A stretch of 14,394 nucleotides of DNA, from NCBI GenBank assembly GCA_043228905.1, contig JBHGNT010000870.1, positions 1 to 14,394 on the forward strand, read 5' to 3'. Made by a program: the position numbers and the translations under genes. The notes beneath the pieces were generated by a model. It saw only the letters and a list, made by a program, of their open reading frames with translations. It ran no database searches and was not told where the DNA came from. The stretch comes from Azolla caroliniana (Eukaryota > Plantae > Polypodiophyta). Numbering within the stretch: the first letter of the stretch is position 1; the number at the start of each line of letters is the position of its first letter. Positions 1 through 11,000 of the stretch are shown here, piece by piece.

Positions 1-7
1 CGTTGAC

Positions 8-452
8 TTTTCAACATGAATTCGATACATTGTATCGAGTTCGTGTTGAAAATCTTATTTTTTGACAAGCACTCGATACAATGTATCGAGTTCATGTTTA
101 AAGTTTTTTTGGGGGTTTAAAAAAAAAGTTTTTTTTCTACTTATTTTGGGTCTTTTTGTTTTTAAAAAAAATTTAAAATTGAAGTGATTAAAAAACCAGA
201 GTTTTCATCACAAGTCGATACAATGTATCGAATTCATGTTTAAGAAAAATTACTTTTAACATGACTTTGATACATTGTATTCAATTGTGGTAAAAAATCT
301 AGTTTTTTCATCAATTCAAGCTTGATTTTTTTATTTTTTTATTTTTAAAACTGGGAAAAAAAACTTTGAACATGAATTTGATACATTGTATGGAATTGTG
401 ATGAAATCTTTGTTTTTTACATCAATTCGATACAATGTATGGAGTTCATGTT
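8..452. repeat. Array of six palindromic motifs (core TCGATACAWTGTATCGA) in mixed orientation, resembling DNA-transposon subterminal repeats
   Basis: Copies lie at about 22-38, 73-89, 215-231, 268-284, 379-394 and 427-443. Positions 8-52 form a 22-bp-arm inverted repeat with 2 mismatches. Copies 3/4 (about 202-297) and 5/6 form larger inverted pairs separated by A/T tracts. Confidence 0.85.
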
Positions 453-823
453 TATAAATCTTCTTCTTTTTCAAATAAAAGAGGTTTAGGGTTTACATGA
501 ACTCAAATTGTACTAAAATCTTTATTTTTACAAGAGAAAAAGATGCATATCGATAGTGCAAAGAAGTATGTTGCACAACAAGACACCTTATGGTGAACAT
601 GTGCTTCATTGATTAACAAAAAACCATTAATAATTGTGTTGATGGTAATTGAACCTTGCAAATGTCATTTATGTGGTCTATAAAATATTCTCGTGGTTCT
701 TAATCACCACTTCAAGCACTTAATGTTGATCTTCATAGTTTGGTTCATCTACAACAGAGAAACATTTATGTGGAACTAAGGATGACAACACGATCATAGC
801 TTAGGTGACAAGGAAACTTGCAA

Positions 824-1153
824 GAACTCAAGGTGGGGATATTAATAGTTACACATGTAGTTGACCATGACCTAGGGCACCAATTCTGCATTGGTGAAGT
901 TTTGGACGTGGTCATGCTTTAAACCTTTGTAATACATCTACCATTATGGCCATGACCTAGGGCACCAATTCTACATTGGTAAAGTTTTGGACGTGGTGAT
1001 GCATTAAACCTTTGTAATACATCTATCATTGACATTAGTGAGGTGGATATCATTGTGTATGACTTTACACTGACAAAAGTTGGATGTTTAAGGACGACAA
1101 CAATAGACATAATAAAAGAGATATTACCAAGTCTAGAAGATATCTTAGATTGA
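824..1153 (+). pseudogene. Degenerate coding-like remnant of unknown identity
   Basis: Plus-strand fragments ELKVGILIVTHVVDHDLGHQFCIGEVLDVV and IIDISEVDIIVYDFTLTKVGCLRTTTIDIIKEILP read like globular protein sequence but are broken by the duplication, frameshifts and stops. The family was not recognised with confidence. Confidence 0.25.
865..1030 (+). repeat. Tandem duplication with 85-bp period (two 81-bp copies)
   Basis: CCATGACCTAGGGCACCAATTCT...AATACATCTAYCATT occurs at 865-945 and 950-1030, with a few substitutions between copies. Confidence 0.92.
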
Positions 1154-1623
1154 AGGCGAACAAGATTTAGTGCACACAATATGGAGACACCATTTAGTGA
1201 AGACAATGATTTGATTGGTACATTTGAAAATTAGGAGGAAGCGTCACAATTGTATATTATCTATAGTGGTGATTCTCATGAAAGGAACGATGATAGTGAT
1301 GCAAATAATTCCTAAATGTTTTTTTGTGCAACGATATGTAACAAATTTAGACAACATTTTATTGAATGAAATAAAAAAGTTGATTGTTTTGAAATCTTTT
1401 GTTTATGATTTCATTAGGATCTAAAATACTACTAGTTGTAATTTCTCCTTAAAAATACACAAAGTTACTTTTTGTATTTGGCCAAAATTTTAGCTTTTTC
1501 ATCAAGTTTTCGAGAACATGTGATATTAGTATCAAGGTGTTTTGTGAAATGGCCAAAAAAGCCCCAAAATTAGATAGAATATTACTTATCCTTCCATTTG
1601 TGAACGTGAATGTGTTTTTAGTG

Positions 1624-3650
1624 CTCCAAAGCGTTGATCTAGGAGTGATTTTGTCAGGCAATTAGCGATGTTCGCCTCAGTGTCGATCTTCTGAACTTCG
1701 AGCTTCTTCTCGGTTACTAGCTCCCGAATATGATGATATCGCACCTCAATGTTCTTTGTCTTCGCATGATAGACATGATTATTAATGAGGTGTATTGCGC
1801 TCTGTGAGTCGTAGTAGATGGTAAGCGCTGGATGGTCGGTTCAACTTGTTACTGAGAAGTTGGTTGACAGTCGGTGCAACCAGATTGCTTCCTTCACTGC
1901 CTAATGCTGCTAGGTACTCGACCTTTGTGGTTGACAGGGCCGTGCACTCTTACAGCTTCAACCTCCATGATATGGTGCTGCCTCCATAGGTGAATGTGTA
2001 GCCTGATGTTGACTTCCAATTGTCAAATTTCCGACCTTGTCGGAGTCGGTGTAGCTTCGACGTCGAATTTGCGGATTTGAAAGTCAGTTGTGCATCTTCG
2101 GTTCCTCTTAGGTACCTGAAGATGTGCTTGCCGGCTTCCCAATGCTTCCGTCTTGGGTTTGACATGTACCGGCTAACGACCCCTACGACATAGGCTAGGT
2201 CGGGTTGAGTCACCACCATCGCATACATGATACTTCTTATGACTGATGCGCGAGGTATCTTTCCATTAAGCTCTTTCTCCTCGTTCATCTAAGGAGAGTC
2301 TCTGTCCGATAGTCGGATCGACGTCGAAAGCGGTGTTGGTGTTGGCTTGGAATTTTCCATGTTGAAACGTCTCAACACCCTTCAGATGTAGTCAAACTAG
2401 GAGAGTCGAAGAGTCCGTGTCTTCCGATTTCGCTCTATCCTCATGCCCAACATGTGTCAGCCTTGTCCAAGTTCCTTCATCGCAAACTTGTTGTGAAGGC
2501 TTCACTTTATTTTTCCGATCTCTACTCGATTGCTCCATGCAATGAGCATGTCGTCGATGTATAAGATCAGATAGATCTGGGACTCGTTGGCCAGTTGCCG
2601 AGTATATAAACATGGGTCGGAGTCAGATCGGCGGTATCCAAGCTGCCTGATGTAGGAGGCGAACTTTTGGTATCCTCGACGCTTGTTTTAGGCCATAGAG
2701 ACTTTTCTTCAATCGACATATGAGGTAACTTTCCTACCCCGTCGTCGTGAAGCCGGCCGGTTGAGACATGTAGATGTCTTCTTCCAAATCTCTGTGTTGG
2801 AACCCCATCTTTACGTCCATTTGTTCTAGCTCTAGGTCTTCTGTCGCCATGAGCCTGAGTAGGAGTCGAAGGGTGGTCATCTTGACAACTAGAGAAAATA
2901 TCTCGTCATAATCGACTTCATGTTCTTGCTTGAACCCCTTCGCAACGAGCTGAGCTTTGTATTTGGGCTTCTTTGAATCAGATACATATTTGTATCAGAA
3001 TACCCATTTGCAAGGTAGTGGCTTTCTTCCTGTTGGTAGTTCGACCAACTCCCATGTTTGATTCTGTCGAATCAAGTCCATCTCGGATTAAATGGCTTGT
3101 AGCCATGTATCGGCATTTGGTGCAATTATAACTTCTTCGTATGTGCTTGGTTCACCTGCACTGGTGTAGTTGGCATAGTTGAGGCCCGGTTGATAGAACT
3201 CTGTTGACCTTTTGACTCATTCGGATCTCCTGAGAGCCGGTTTTGCCGGTTCGATTTCTTCAGTCGACTCGGTCGGCCGATCATAATTGCTTGAACTGTC
3301 TTCAGGAGTCCTATTAGATGACTCGTCCCTATAGTAGGATTTCGGTGATGTCATGGCATCCTCCCCTTCTTCGGGATCAATTGACTTAGAGGTAGAAGAC
3401 TTAGCCAACTCGGTTCTATTTTTCCCTTTGGCCTTGGGTGGGTCGGCTCGCCCCTTGTTGAGTTTGCCTTTTTGTCTTTGATGGCTTTGTCTTCGAGTTC
3501 AACTAGTGGACCTCTTACCGATTCGGAGTCGGCGGGTGTGTTGTCGGCTTGTTTGAGTTCAGTTGTTCGTTGAATCTCTGAGTCGGCCCGGTGGGTCGGC
3601 CTTTCTACGATGTCTCTATCGACTTCGAAGGAGACCTTTGTTAAGCACTT
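1624..3650 (-). pseudogene. Ty1/copia (Tnt1-like) pol fragment: INT-RT linker, reverse transcriptase and RNase H, with stops and frameshifts
   Basis: Minus-strand motifs include [73 protein letters not shown] (2544-2570), QPDLAYVVGVVSRYM, KSTSGYTFTYGGSTISW and DSQSAIHL..HAKTKNIEVRYHHIRE..NIANCLTKSL. No gag, integrase core or LTR is present. Confidence 0.95.
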
Positions 3651-3654
3651 GGAT

Positions 3655-4421
3655 TGCACCACGACCAATCATGAAGAAGAACGCATCAACAAGGATGTAG
3701 TATGGCTAAAGAACCCATGAAGAGGAAATGACAAGAGGAAACCCCCCCTCGTCGTAACACCAACCGACACCCCCATCTCCTAATCTACCCCAATCAAAGA
3801 AGTCAACACGGTCTTGCTCCAACAAATATTAAATTTAAAATTACGACTCACATTACGCGAAGTACAGAGCTACACTGGCACCTTCGTGACTGACAACCCC
3901 CAACTACGACCTATACTCGCCAAAGAAATAGAGTTCACACTTGAAGAGCTGCTCAAACTCAACATCCAACCATGGCACGACGTCCTTCGCCGCCTCAATG
4001 GAGGCATGTCAGCAGATTATGGAGAGAAGATACACACCCACATCCCTCTTACGACCACAGTCCCCAAACAACCTGAAGGAACACCGATAGATATATGTGA
4101 AGCTCACTTCGAGAGCGACGACACTAGTTTCACTCTCCCCGTCTGCGTCAACGGCACGACGTGTGACGCGATCATTGACACCAGAGCGGGGGTAAGCATA
4201 ATTAGCTACGAATGCTGGTGTAAGTGGGGGAGCCTAAAAATGCTTCCTTCGGACGTCAAACTCTGAATGGCAGATGGGTCTATCCAACGGCCAGAAGGCA
4301 TGATTCCTGCACACCACTTCACTATCCACGGGGTCGAGTTCAATCTCACCTTCGTCGTCACAAGATCATCCAATCATGTGGCTTACGAGTGTTTACTAGG
4401 GAGGCCATTCCTATGTGAAAG
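3655..4421 (+). pseudogene. Gypsy gag-pol fragment: pre-protease region and most of aspartic protease 1
   Basis: Reads FTLPVCVNGTTCDAIIDTRAGVSIIS (DTG degenerated to DTR) ...VKL*MADGS...FVV...YECLLGRPFL in the frame of ORF 3814-4266, continuing through the TGA at 4264-4266. Confidence 0.9.
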
Positions 4422-4867
4422 GTCTATACCCTAAATGTAAATGCTATATAAACCACATGGTGGTGGCTTTGTATCTTCCATTTGTAAAGATCACCCTATT
4501 GATTAAGAGCTAGAGCTTCCTCTCCTCCTTCTTGTAACCTTTAAGCTTAAGAGAGATTAGTGAGGTGTTTAGTTAGAGAACAGTTACCTCTCTTCGTTGT
4601 TGGTGCTAGACCTCTTAGCAAAGAGGGTTAATAAACATATCCATTACTCTTATTGTCTATATTCATTAACCTATTGTCTATGAGAGCGAGCTTGAGAGAG
4701 TGAGAGAGATATCGTGCTTAATCATCTATTAATCGCTAATTGAGTGTGAGGCTCGGAGGTGTCCGACAACCATCTCTGCCCGATTCGCCATCAAAAGGGT
4801 ATACGCTGGTCCGAGCTCCGCAAACGACATCGAGGAGTTAACTCCGTCGATACATAGATCCTACACA
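4414..4867 (+). repeat. 5' LTR or U3-truncated LTR of the gypsy element
   Basis: Starts TGTG and ends CACA, with imperfect terminal inverted repeats (TGTGAAAGGTCTA / TAGATCCTACACA). Contains TATATAAA at 4445, AATAAA at 4630 and a GA-rich tract at about 4682-4709, and is followed by a PBS. There is no second LTR to confirm the boundaries, and the left boundary is ambiguous (4414 or 4422). Confidence 0.65.
4445..4452 (+). promoter_or_regulatory. Putative LTR TATA box
   Basis: CTATATAAAC, a canonical plant TATA context, inside the LTR-like segment. Confidence 0.5.
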
Positions 4868-4872
4868 TCTAT

Positions 4873-4890
4873 TTGCGCCGCTGTTGGGGA
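4873..4890 (+). promoter_or_regulatory. Primer binding site, tRNA-Asp type (degenerate)
   Basis: TTGCGCCGCTGTTGGGGA matches 14/18 positions of TGGCGCCGTTGCCGGGGA, the complement of the plant tRNA-Asp 3' end used by Athila-type elements. It lies 5 nt after the putative LTR CA end. Confidence 0.7.
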
Positions 4891-5213
4891 TACGACTGGC
4901 GCTTGAAGCCGACTTCGAGTGGCCAAACACTCGTAGGCAACCCACTTAATGAGGGAAGAAATCGAAAGGAAACCACCATTTGTGTTAATTAAAATTCTCA
5001 CTATTTCACGTTTTCATTAAGTTAATTTTCTGTTTTTTTTTCCCCCTCAATCGACTGGACATTAGCAAACTATTCGTCCGGTTAATGCTAAGCATGGTTG
5101 AGATTTAGCCGTTGCAGGGCAAGAATAATCACCGCGATTCTCGTTGATTACGATCATCCTACAGGACACAAAATGACCGTTGGCACCAAAAAATTCAAAT
5201 TTCCTACTCAAAG

Positions 5214-5826
5214 TTCGTCGAAAGATCAAGTTTGACAAGAGACCATCTTTCGACGAAAGATCAAAGTTCTCCAAACCCACATCTTTCGACAAACCCGTAA
5301 AGCTTGACAAGAGGATATCTTTTGACGGAAGATTATCCTTCATCAAAAGATCAGAGTTCGATAAGGGGAACATCTTTTGACGAAAGATCAAAGTTTGCCA
5401 AACCCACATCCTTCGACAAAAGATCAAAGTTTGCCAAACCCTCATCCTTCGACAAAAGATCAAAGTTTGCCAAACCCACATATTTCGACGAAAGATCAAA
5501 GTTTGCCAAACCCACATATTTCAACAAAAGATCAAAGTCTGCTAAACCCACAAAGTTCGACGAAAGATCATCTTTCGACAAACCCGTAAAGCTTGACAAG
5601 AGGATATCTTTCGACGGAAGATCATCCTTTGTTGAAAGATCAGAGTTCGATAAGGGGAACATCTTTTGACGAAAGATCAAAGTTTGCCAAACCCACATCC
5701 TTCGACGGAAGATCAAAGTTTGCCAAACCCACATCTTTCGATGAAAGATCAAAGTCGGCCAAACCCACAAAGTTTGATAAAAGATCATCTTTCGAAGAAC
5801 CCGCAAAGCTTGACAAGAGAACATGA
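5214..5826 (+). repeat. Hierarchical tandem array in the 5' leader (18-bp monomers, 36-bp dimers, 289-bp higher-order repeat)
   Basis: Monomers include TTCGACGAAAGATCAAAG, TTTGCCAAACCCACATCT, TTCGACAAACCCGTAAAG and CTTGACAAGAGGATATCT, about 34 in total. The block ending GGGGAACATCTTTTGA recurs at 5380 and 5669. Confidence 0.95.
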
Positions 5827-8067
5827 TCGGATCCTCATGGACATGGATGTTCAAAACCTGACCCACATGCCAGGAGGAGTTCACACAAACCAACCAAACA
5901 CACAGTGCTGACCCATCTAACCCGACTCGATACCACGGAGGGTGGTTAACCCTAGGGACGCTACCAAACATGAACCTCCCATCGAACCTAGCAATCAAAG
6001 CACCTCTCAACACACCCCCACTATAGGAGAGCCCAATGGCAGACCCGCTCAGTGTAGAGCGACACATACAGGATGCCGCACAAGAGTTACGTGTGATAGA
6101 ACAAGAAATCAATATATGGACGATGCAACTCTCAAAAGGGGGACAATAGGAAATCATCACCTGAGATATTGAAGCCACTTTGGCAGAAAGGAAAGACATG
6201 TTCACATGAGTGCAACAAAAACTTAACCTCCTAGAAGCATCGTCACATACGCATTGTCAAGACTGCGAGCCTAGCCTTGCACCGCATTCGAGCACAGTGG
6301 GCAACAGCCCAAACGAAGCACACAGGCGACGACACCCGACATCGCCACCTATGGACACAACCCCTACACCCGACAAAACTACCCCAACACCCCCGAATGC
6401 CGAACTCGCACTAGCATTACAATCCATCCAAACCCTCGTGGCATTGATGGAAAAAGAACAAGCACCCACGGACAATTCGAGAAACCCCACAAACGACAAC
6501 GGGAAGAGCACTTCCATTTCTAAACTAGTACCTCGTTTTATTGGTTTCGGTGACGCATATGACCATGTAGAGAGGTTCAAGTAGATATGTCGAGCTTATG
6601 AATCCCTCATAGAGACTACCAAAGTAGCTGCATTCGGACTTACACTCGACGACCAAGCCGGAATTTGGTTTAAGACCCTGAATGAGGACATCGTCGCGGA
6701 CTTCGAAAATGTCATTGAAGATTTCTTGATAAACTTCGCTTGTCGAGGGAATAAATGGAACCCGATCGACCAACTTTTCACCCTCAAGCAAGAAGCGAAC
6801 GAGATTGTCAGGGACTACATACGCAGCATGAAAATCCTTCACCATCATTGTAGCCCGGGGGACAAGATGTCAGACGACAAATTGATGAGCCACTTCATCA
6901 ATGGGTTGTTTGACCTGACACTCCAAAATTTCCTGATTGCCAAGATGTGTCAGTCATTCGCTGAAGCTTCCACGGTAGTGATGACTTTCGAAGATTCAAT
7001 GAGCGGGTTACGGATACCCACCCAAGCGCCTACGAAAAATCATGAGAAGCCCTCGGATCCCACTCCACCCACACCGCCAAGACCACCCCGTATAGAAAGA
7101 CCCCAAGTGAAAATGTAAGGTGTATGGTGTGCCACGACCATCACACGGGGCATGAGTGTCCCCTCCTCCACCAAGGACGGCCTCAATACTATAAGTGGTG
7201 CAAAGCCTTCGTGATGCATTCTCAAGAGAACTGCTGGCAAGCCCCAAACGGAAGGTATAGCCAAACACCAATGGTCAAGTTCCCACAATCACCTGCACCG
7301 CTTAGCTGCCCACAACTACCGGCAATACTTCCCCAACAACCCCCACTACCGCGCATTGGAGCCTGCCTCGCCGAACTAGAATACACCACCGATAACCCAA
7401 CCCAAGTTGGGAGGGCGCCCCCGAATATGAAGATTCATATCGGGAGTATGGTGTTGAAGAAGAGGAGCTTTCCCACTTTGTGGACTTCGAAGGCGACCAA
7501 ATACCAATGTACGTCCTAAGAGGAGAACAAAGGGGCCTGTCGATGGGATATCGCAACAATAATGGTCTAAGAAGGTCAGAATTGAAATGCTTCAATTGCC
7601 AAGGCCCACACATGGTTAGCGAGTGCCCAACCAAACATGAGTACTACAACAGGATGGCACAACGACCACGACACCCCCCACTCGAAACACCCCGACAACC
7701 ACTGGTACAAAGTCTCACCCAACAGTCACATGACCTTATCGAGTGGTTCCAAAGAGAAGAATCATGCCCAGGGTGTGGTAAAGAGCACTTAATACCATTT
7801 GTTATCTATCGTGCCATCAACGGTGGGCGCCAACGTCATTACACGAACTCAAAGAATAGCTCATAACTTAAAGTATCACGACCAAGACCTCCCCATGACT
7901 ACGTGTAAGAGACGAAAATCCAAAAAAAAATGCATCCACACGGACCTCAAAGCAAGATCAAGAACCGGAGGGAGACGTAGAAACGATACCTATCAACCCT
8001 AACCAAGAGCTGCCAGCACACCTAGCATCATACCCAAACCCAGTGGCTGAAAAACAAAAGGTCAAAG
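5823..8067 (+). pseudogene. gag: Gypsy gag with coiled-coil N-terminus, retrotransposon capsid domain and four Zn knuckles; stops and frameshifts
   Basis: ATG at 5823 is in frame with ORFs 6210-6584 and 6726-7118 through transition-type stops. Capsid-like sequence reads PRFIGFGDAYDHVERF..AGIWFKTL..LKQEANEIVRDYIRSM..FINGL. CX2CX3HX4C knuckles lie at 7121-7159 and 7588-7626, with degenerate ones at 7190-7234 and 7765-7800. A post-gag ANVITRTQ motif follows. Confidence 0.88.
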
Positions 8068-11000
8068 CTGCCTTGTGATGGACTTTGGGAAGGATACAAT
8101 CTATATGCGTAAAAACAACAAAACCTTCCGCATCAAAGCATACACACAAAAAGTTCATGAACAAGAAGGTAGTCCTCTCGTGGACGACTGGTCAGAAACC
8201 ACCGAGTTCGAGAACAACCTCCTAGCATGCAATCCCACAAAGACAATTCAAATCTTGGCTAGGGGTCAACCCCTTCCCCAAAATCCACTACCCCAAGGAC
8301 AGAGAATGCGAGGGAAGACCAATCCGTGGCCTCTGATGCGTCCGAGATGAATTGGGTGCACACTCTTGCCATGACCGATGCAATGTACCCCATTGGTACA
8401 AAGTGTTGCGATGAGGATGGAGACATGATTTCGTGTTTTAATGTCACTACTCTCGTACCCCAACGAAAATAGGTGGACGTAAAAGACGAAGACCTAGCGC
8501 AACGAATCACGTGCAAGGAAGAGAATGCGACCACTCGGAAGACCTCGACAAAAGTGGACTTCCCGGAGCAATTCAAACCTATGAACAAGGAAGTAGGGCA
8601 GTGGCTTGTAAGAGACCACAACACACCCCTAACATCCTAGGCGAGGCATGCGACGGACCGACGAGAGATAAAGAAATCAATCTCGGAAATGGGGTGGACC
8701 CCAAACAAGTGTTCATTGCCATGAATCTCCAGTCGGACGAGGAGATGTCCTTGATCACCCTTCTCATAGAATTTAGAGACGTGTTCGCATGGTCGTATGT
8801 AGATATGAAAGGTGTACCGGCCGAAGTCGTCACCCATAGCATCCCCATGCGAGCCGACGGCCGCCCAATTCGACAAAGACCGCGCCCAATGAACCCTAAC
8901 TATGCTCAACAAGTAAAAGCCGAAATCAATAAAATGTTAGACGTTGACATCATCTACCCGATTGAGCAAACAACTTGGGTCTCCCCGATCGTAGTCATCT
9001 CGAAGAAGAATGGCCAAATCCGCATATGTGTTGACTATTGACAAGTCAACGACGCCACCATCAAAGACAACTACCCGATACCTTACATCGAGCACTTACT
9101 CGAAAGAGTTGCAGGAGCAAAAGCCTATAGCTTCATCAATGGGTTCTCTGGGTACAACCAAATCTCGGTGGTGCCCGAAGATCAACACAAGATGGCCTTT
9201 GCAACCGAATTTGGTACGTTCGCGTACAAACAGATGCCTTTCAGGCTCACAAGTGCCCTAAGCACCTATCAAAGGGTAGCATACCACATCTTCACATCAA
9301 GGTTACGACAAGGAGTGGAGTCCTACGTTGATGATTTATGTTGCCATTCGAAATGGCATGCCCACCTGGCACTACTCCGCTTGACGTTTGAAAAGTGCAG
9401 GGAATATCAACTCTCCCTCAACTCTCTCAAGTGTCAATTCTTGGTCAAACATGGAATCATATTAGGTCATGTTGTGTCCCGACATGGGATCTCGACTTAT
9501 GAGGTAAAAGCAAAGCTCATCCTTGACATGCCACCTCCCGCGAACAAGAAACAACTACAAGGATTCATGGGGTACGTAGGTTACTATACACGCTTCATTA
9601 AGATGTTCGTAGACAAAGCAAGACCACTCTACGCATTACTAAAGCAGTACACCTGGACGGAAGAGTGCGCCCGTTCGTTCGAACTCTTGAGTGAGTGCAT
9701 AACTAAAGCCCCCATCCACCGATCCCCAGACTAGAACAAAGAGTTCCATGTTCACAGTGATGCTTCCACCTTTGCGATTGGCGCAATACTCGCTCAACCT
9801 GGCGAAGGTGCACTTGATCTACCAATCACCTTTTCTAGCCGCCAATTGAACTCTACGGAACGAAATTACTCCACAACGGAACGAGAAGCTTTAGGAATGG
9901 TTTACAACGTGAAGAAGTTCCGACATTACCTCTTGGCGTCATGTTTCTCATTTTTTGTAGATCATCAAGCCCTCCTCTACTTGGTAAACAAGACTCACGC
10001 CACAAGACACATATCACGATGGATCGTAACTCTACTCGAGTTCGATTTCAAGGTGGTGGTGAGAAAAGGAAAAGACCATGTACTCGCCGATCATTTCTCA
10101 CGAATACCAAATGGGGAAGAAGCCACTGGCATTGATGATGAAATGCCAGATGCTGCATTATTCACGATTGACATTGTACCATCATGGGCATCCGACATTG
10201 TTCATGTCTTAACCAAAGGAGCATCCTTCCTAAAACAACTAAGTCGGGCACAAACACATGTCTTGTTAAGAAAATGTGGCCCCTTCACGATGCTCAGAGG
10301 CAGCTTGTATCGAAGAGGCAACGATTATGTACTTCAAAGGTGTGTAGCCGACCATGATGCCATCACTATCCTCGAACAAGCTCATTATGGAAGCGGAAGC
10401 GGTCATTTCAATAATGAGTCCACCGCACGCAAGATCCTCCAGTCTGACCTATGGTGGCCAACACTATTCAAAGACACATACGAGTATGTACGCCGGTGTG
10501 ATGAGTGTCAACGTTTCAAGCACCCGTTTAAAGCGGGTTTCAACACACTAAACCCGGTAGTGGCTTGGCAACCATTCGAGAAATGGGGTATCGACTTTAT
10601 CAGCCCAATTAGTCCAGCTTCCAACCTCAATAGATACATAATCACCACCACTGATTATGCTACCAAGTGGGCTGAAGCCAAATATTGTGTTAATGCTGAT
10701 GCACGTCGCACCGCCAAATTCCTATTCGAAAATGTCATCACACGGTTTGGATGTCCGCTTGAGATCATTAGCAACCAAGGCTCCCATTTCCTCAATGAGG
10801 TGATAACACACCTACTAGGCGAGTTTATGGTGATGAACCGCAAGAGCTCCCCTTATTACCCCCGGTGCAACAGACAAGCGAAAAGCACTAATAAGGTGTT
10901 GTGCGCAGTACTCACGAAGATAATTGCAGCTTCGCGGTCCGATTGGAGCACCAAACTTCAAGCCGCATTGTGGGCCTTCCGCACCGCCTACAAAGTAGCA

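Larger units (their letters stand above)
1..1623. mobile_element. Putative non-autonomous DNA transposon remnant; possible CACTA-type right end at 1623
   Basis: AT-rich DNA with a subterminal-type repeat array and an abrupt junction with copia RNaseH coding sequence. The sequence TTTTTAGTG at 1615-1623 is the reverse complement of CACTAAAAA. The other end is not in the window, and the CACTA match could come from copia codons (gca cta). Confidence 0.35.

Noticed and set aside
8-452. CRISPR-like array or integron attC sites
   Set aside because: Spacing is irregular, orientation is mixed, the intervals are low-complexity A/T, and there is no prokaryotic context.
483-495. Plant telomeric repeat GGTTTAGGGTTTA
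   Set aside because: Fewer than two units are present; at most this is a telo-box-like chance match.
919-1661. ORFs 919-1206, 1215-1424 and 1449-1661 as host genes
   Set aside because: They are short, AT-rich and have no recognisable motifs; the last one overlaps the copia junction out of frame.
4940-4975. Hammerhead ribozyme core (TAATGAG...GAAA)
   Set aside because: It lacks CTGATGA and stem II cannot pair.
5062-6205. Minus-strand ORFs 5351-6205 (284 aa) and 5062-5517
   Set aside because: These are antisense shadows of the tandem array and gag; they are open because the repeats lack stop codons.
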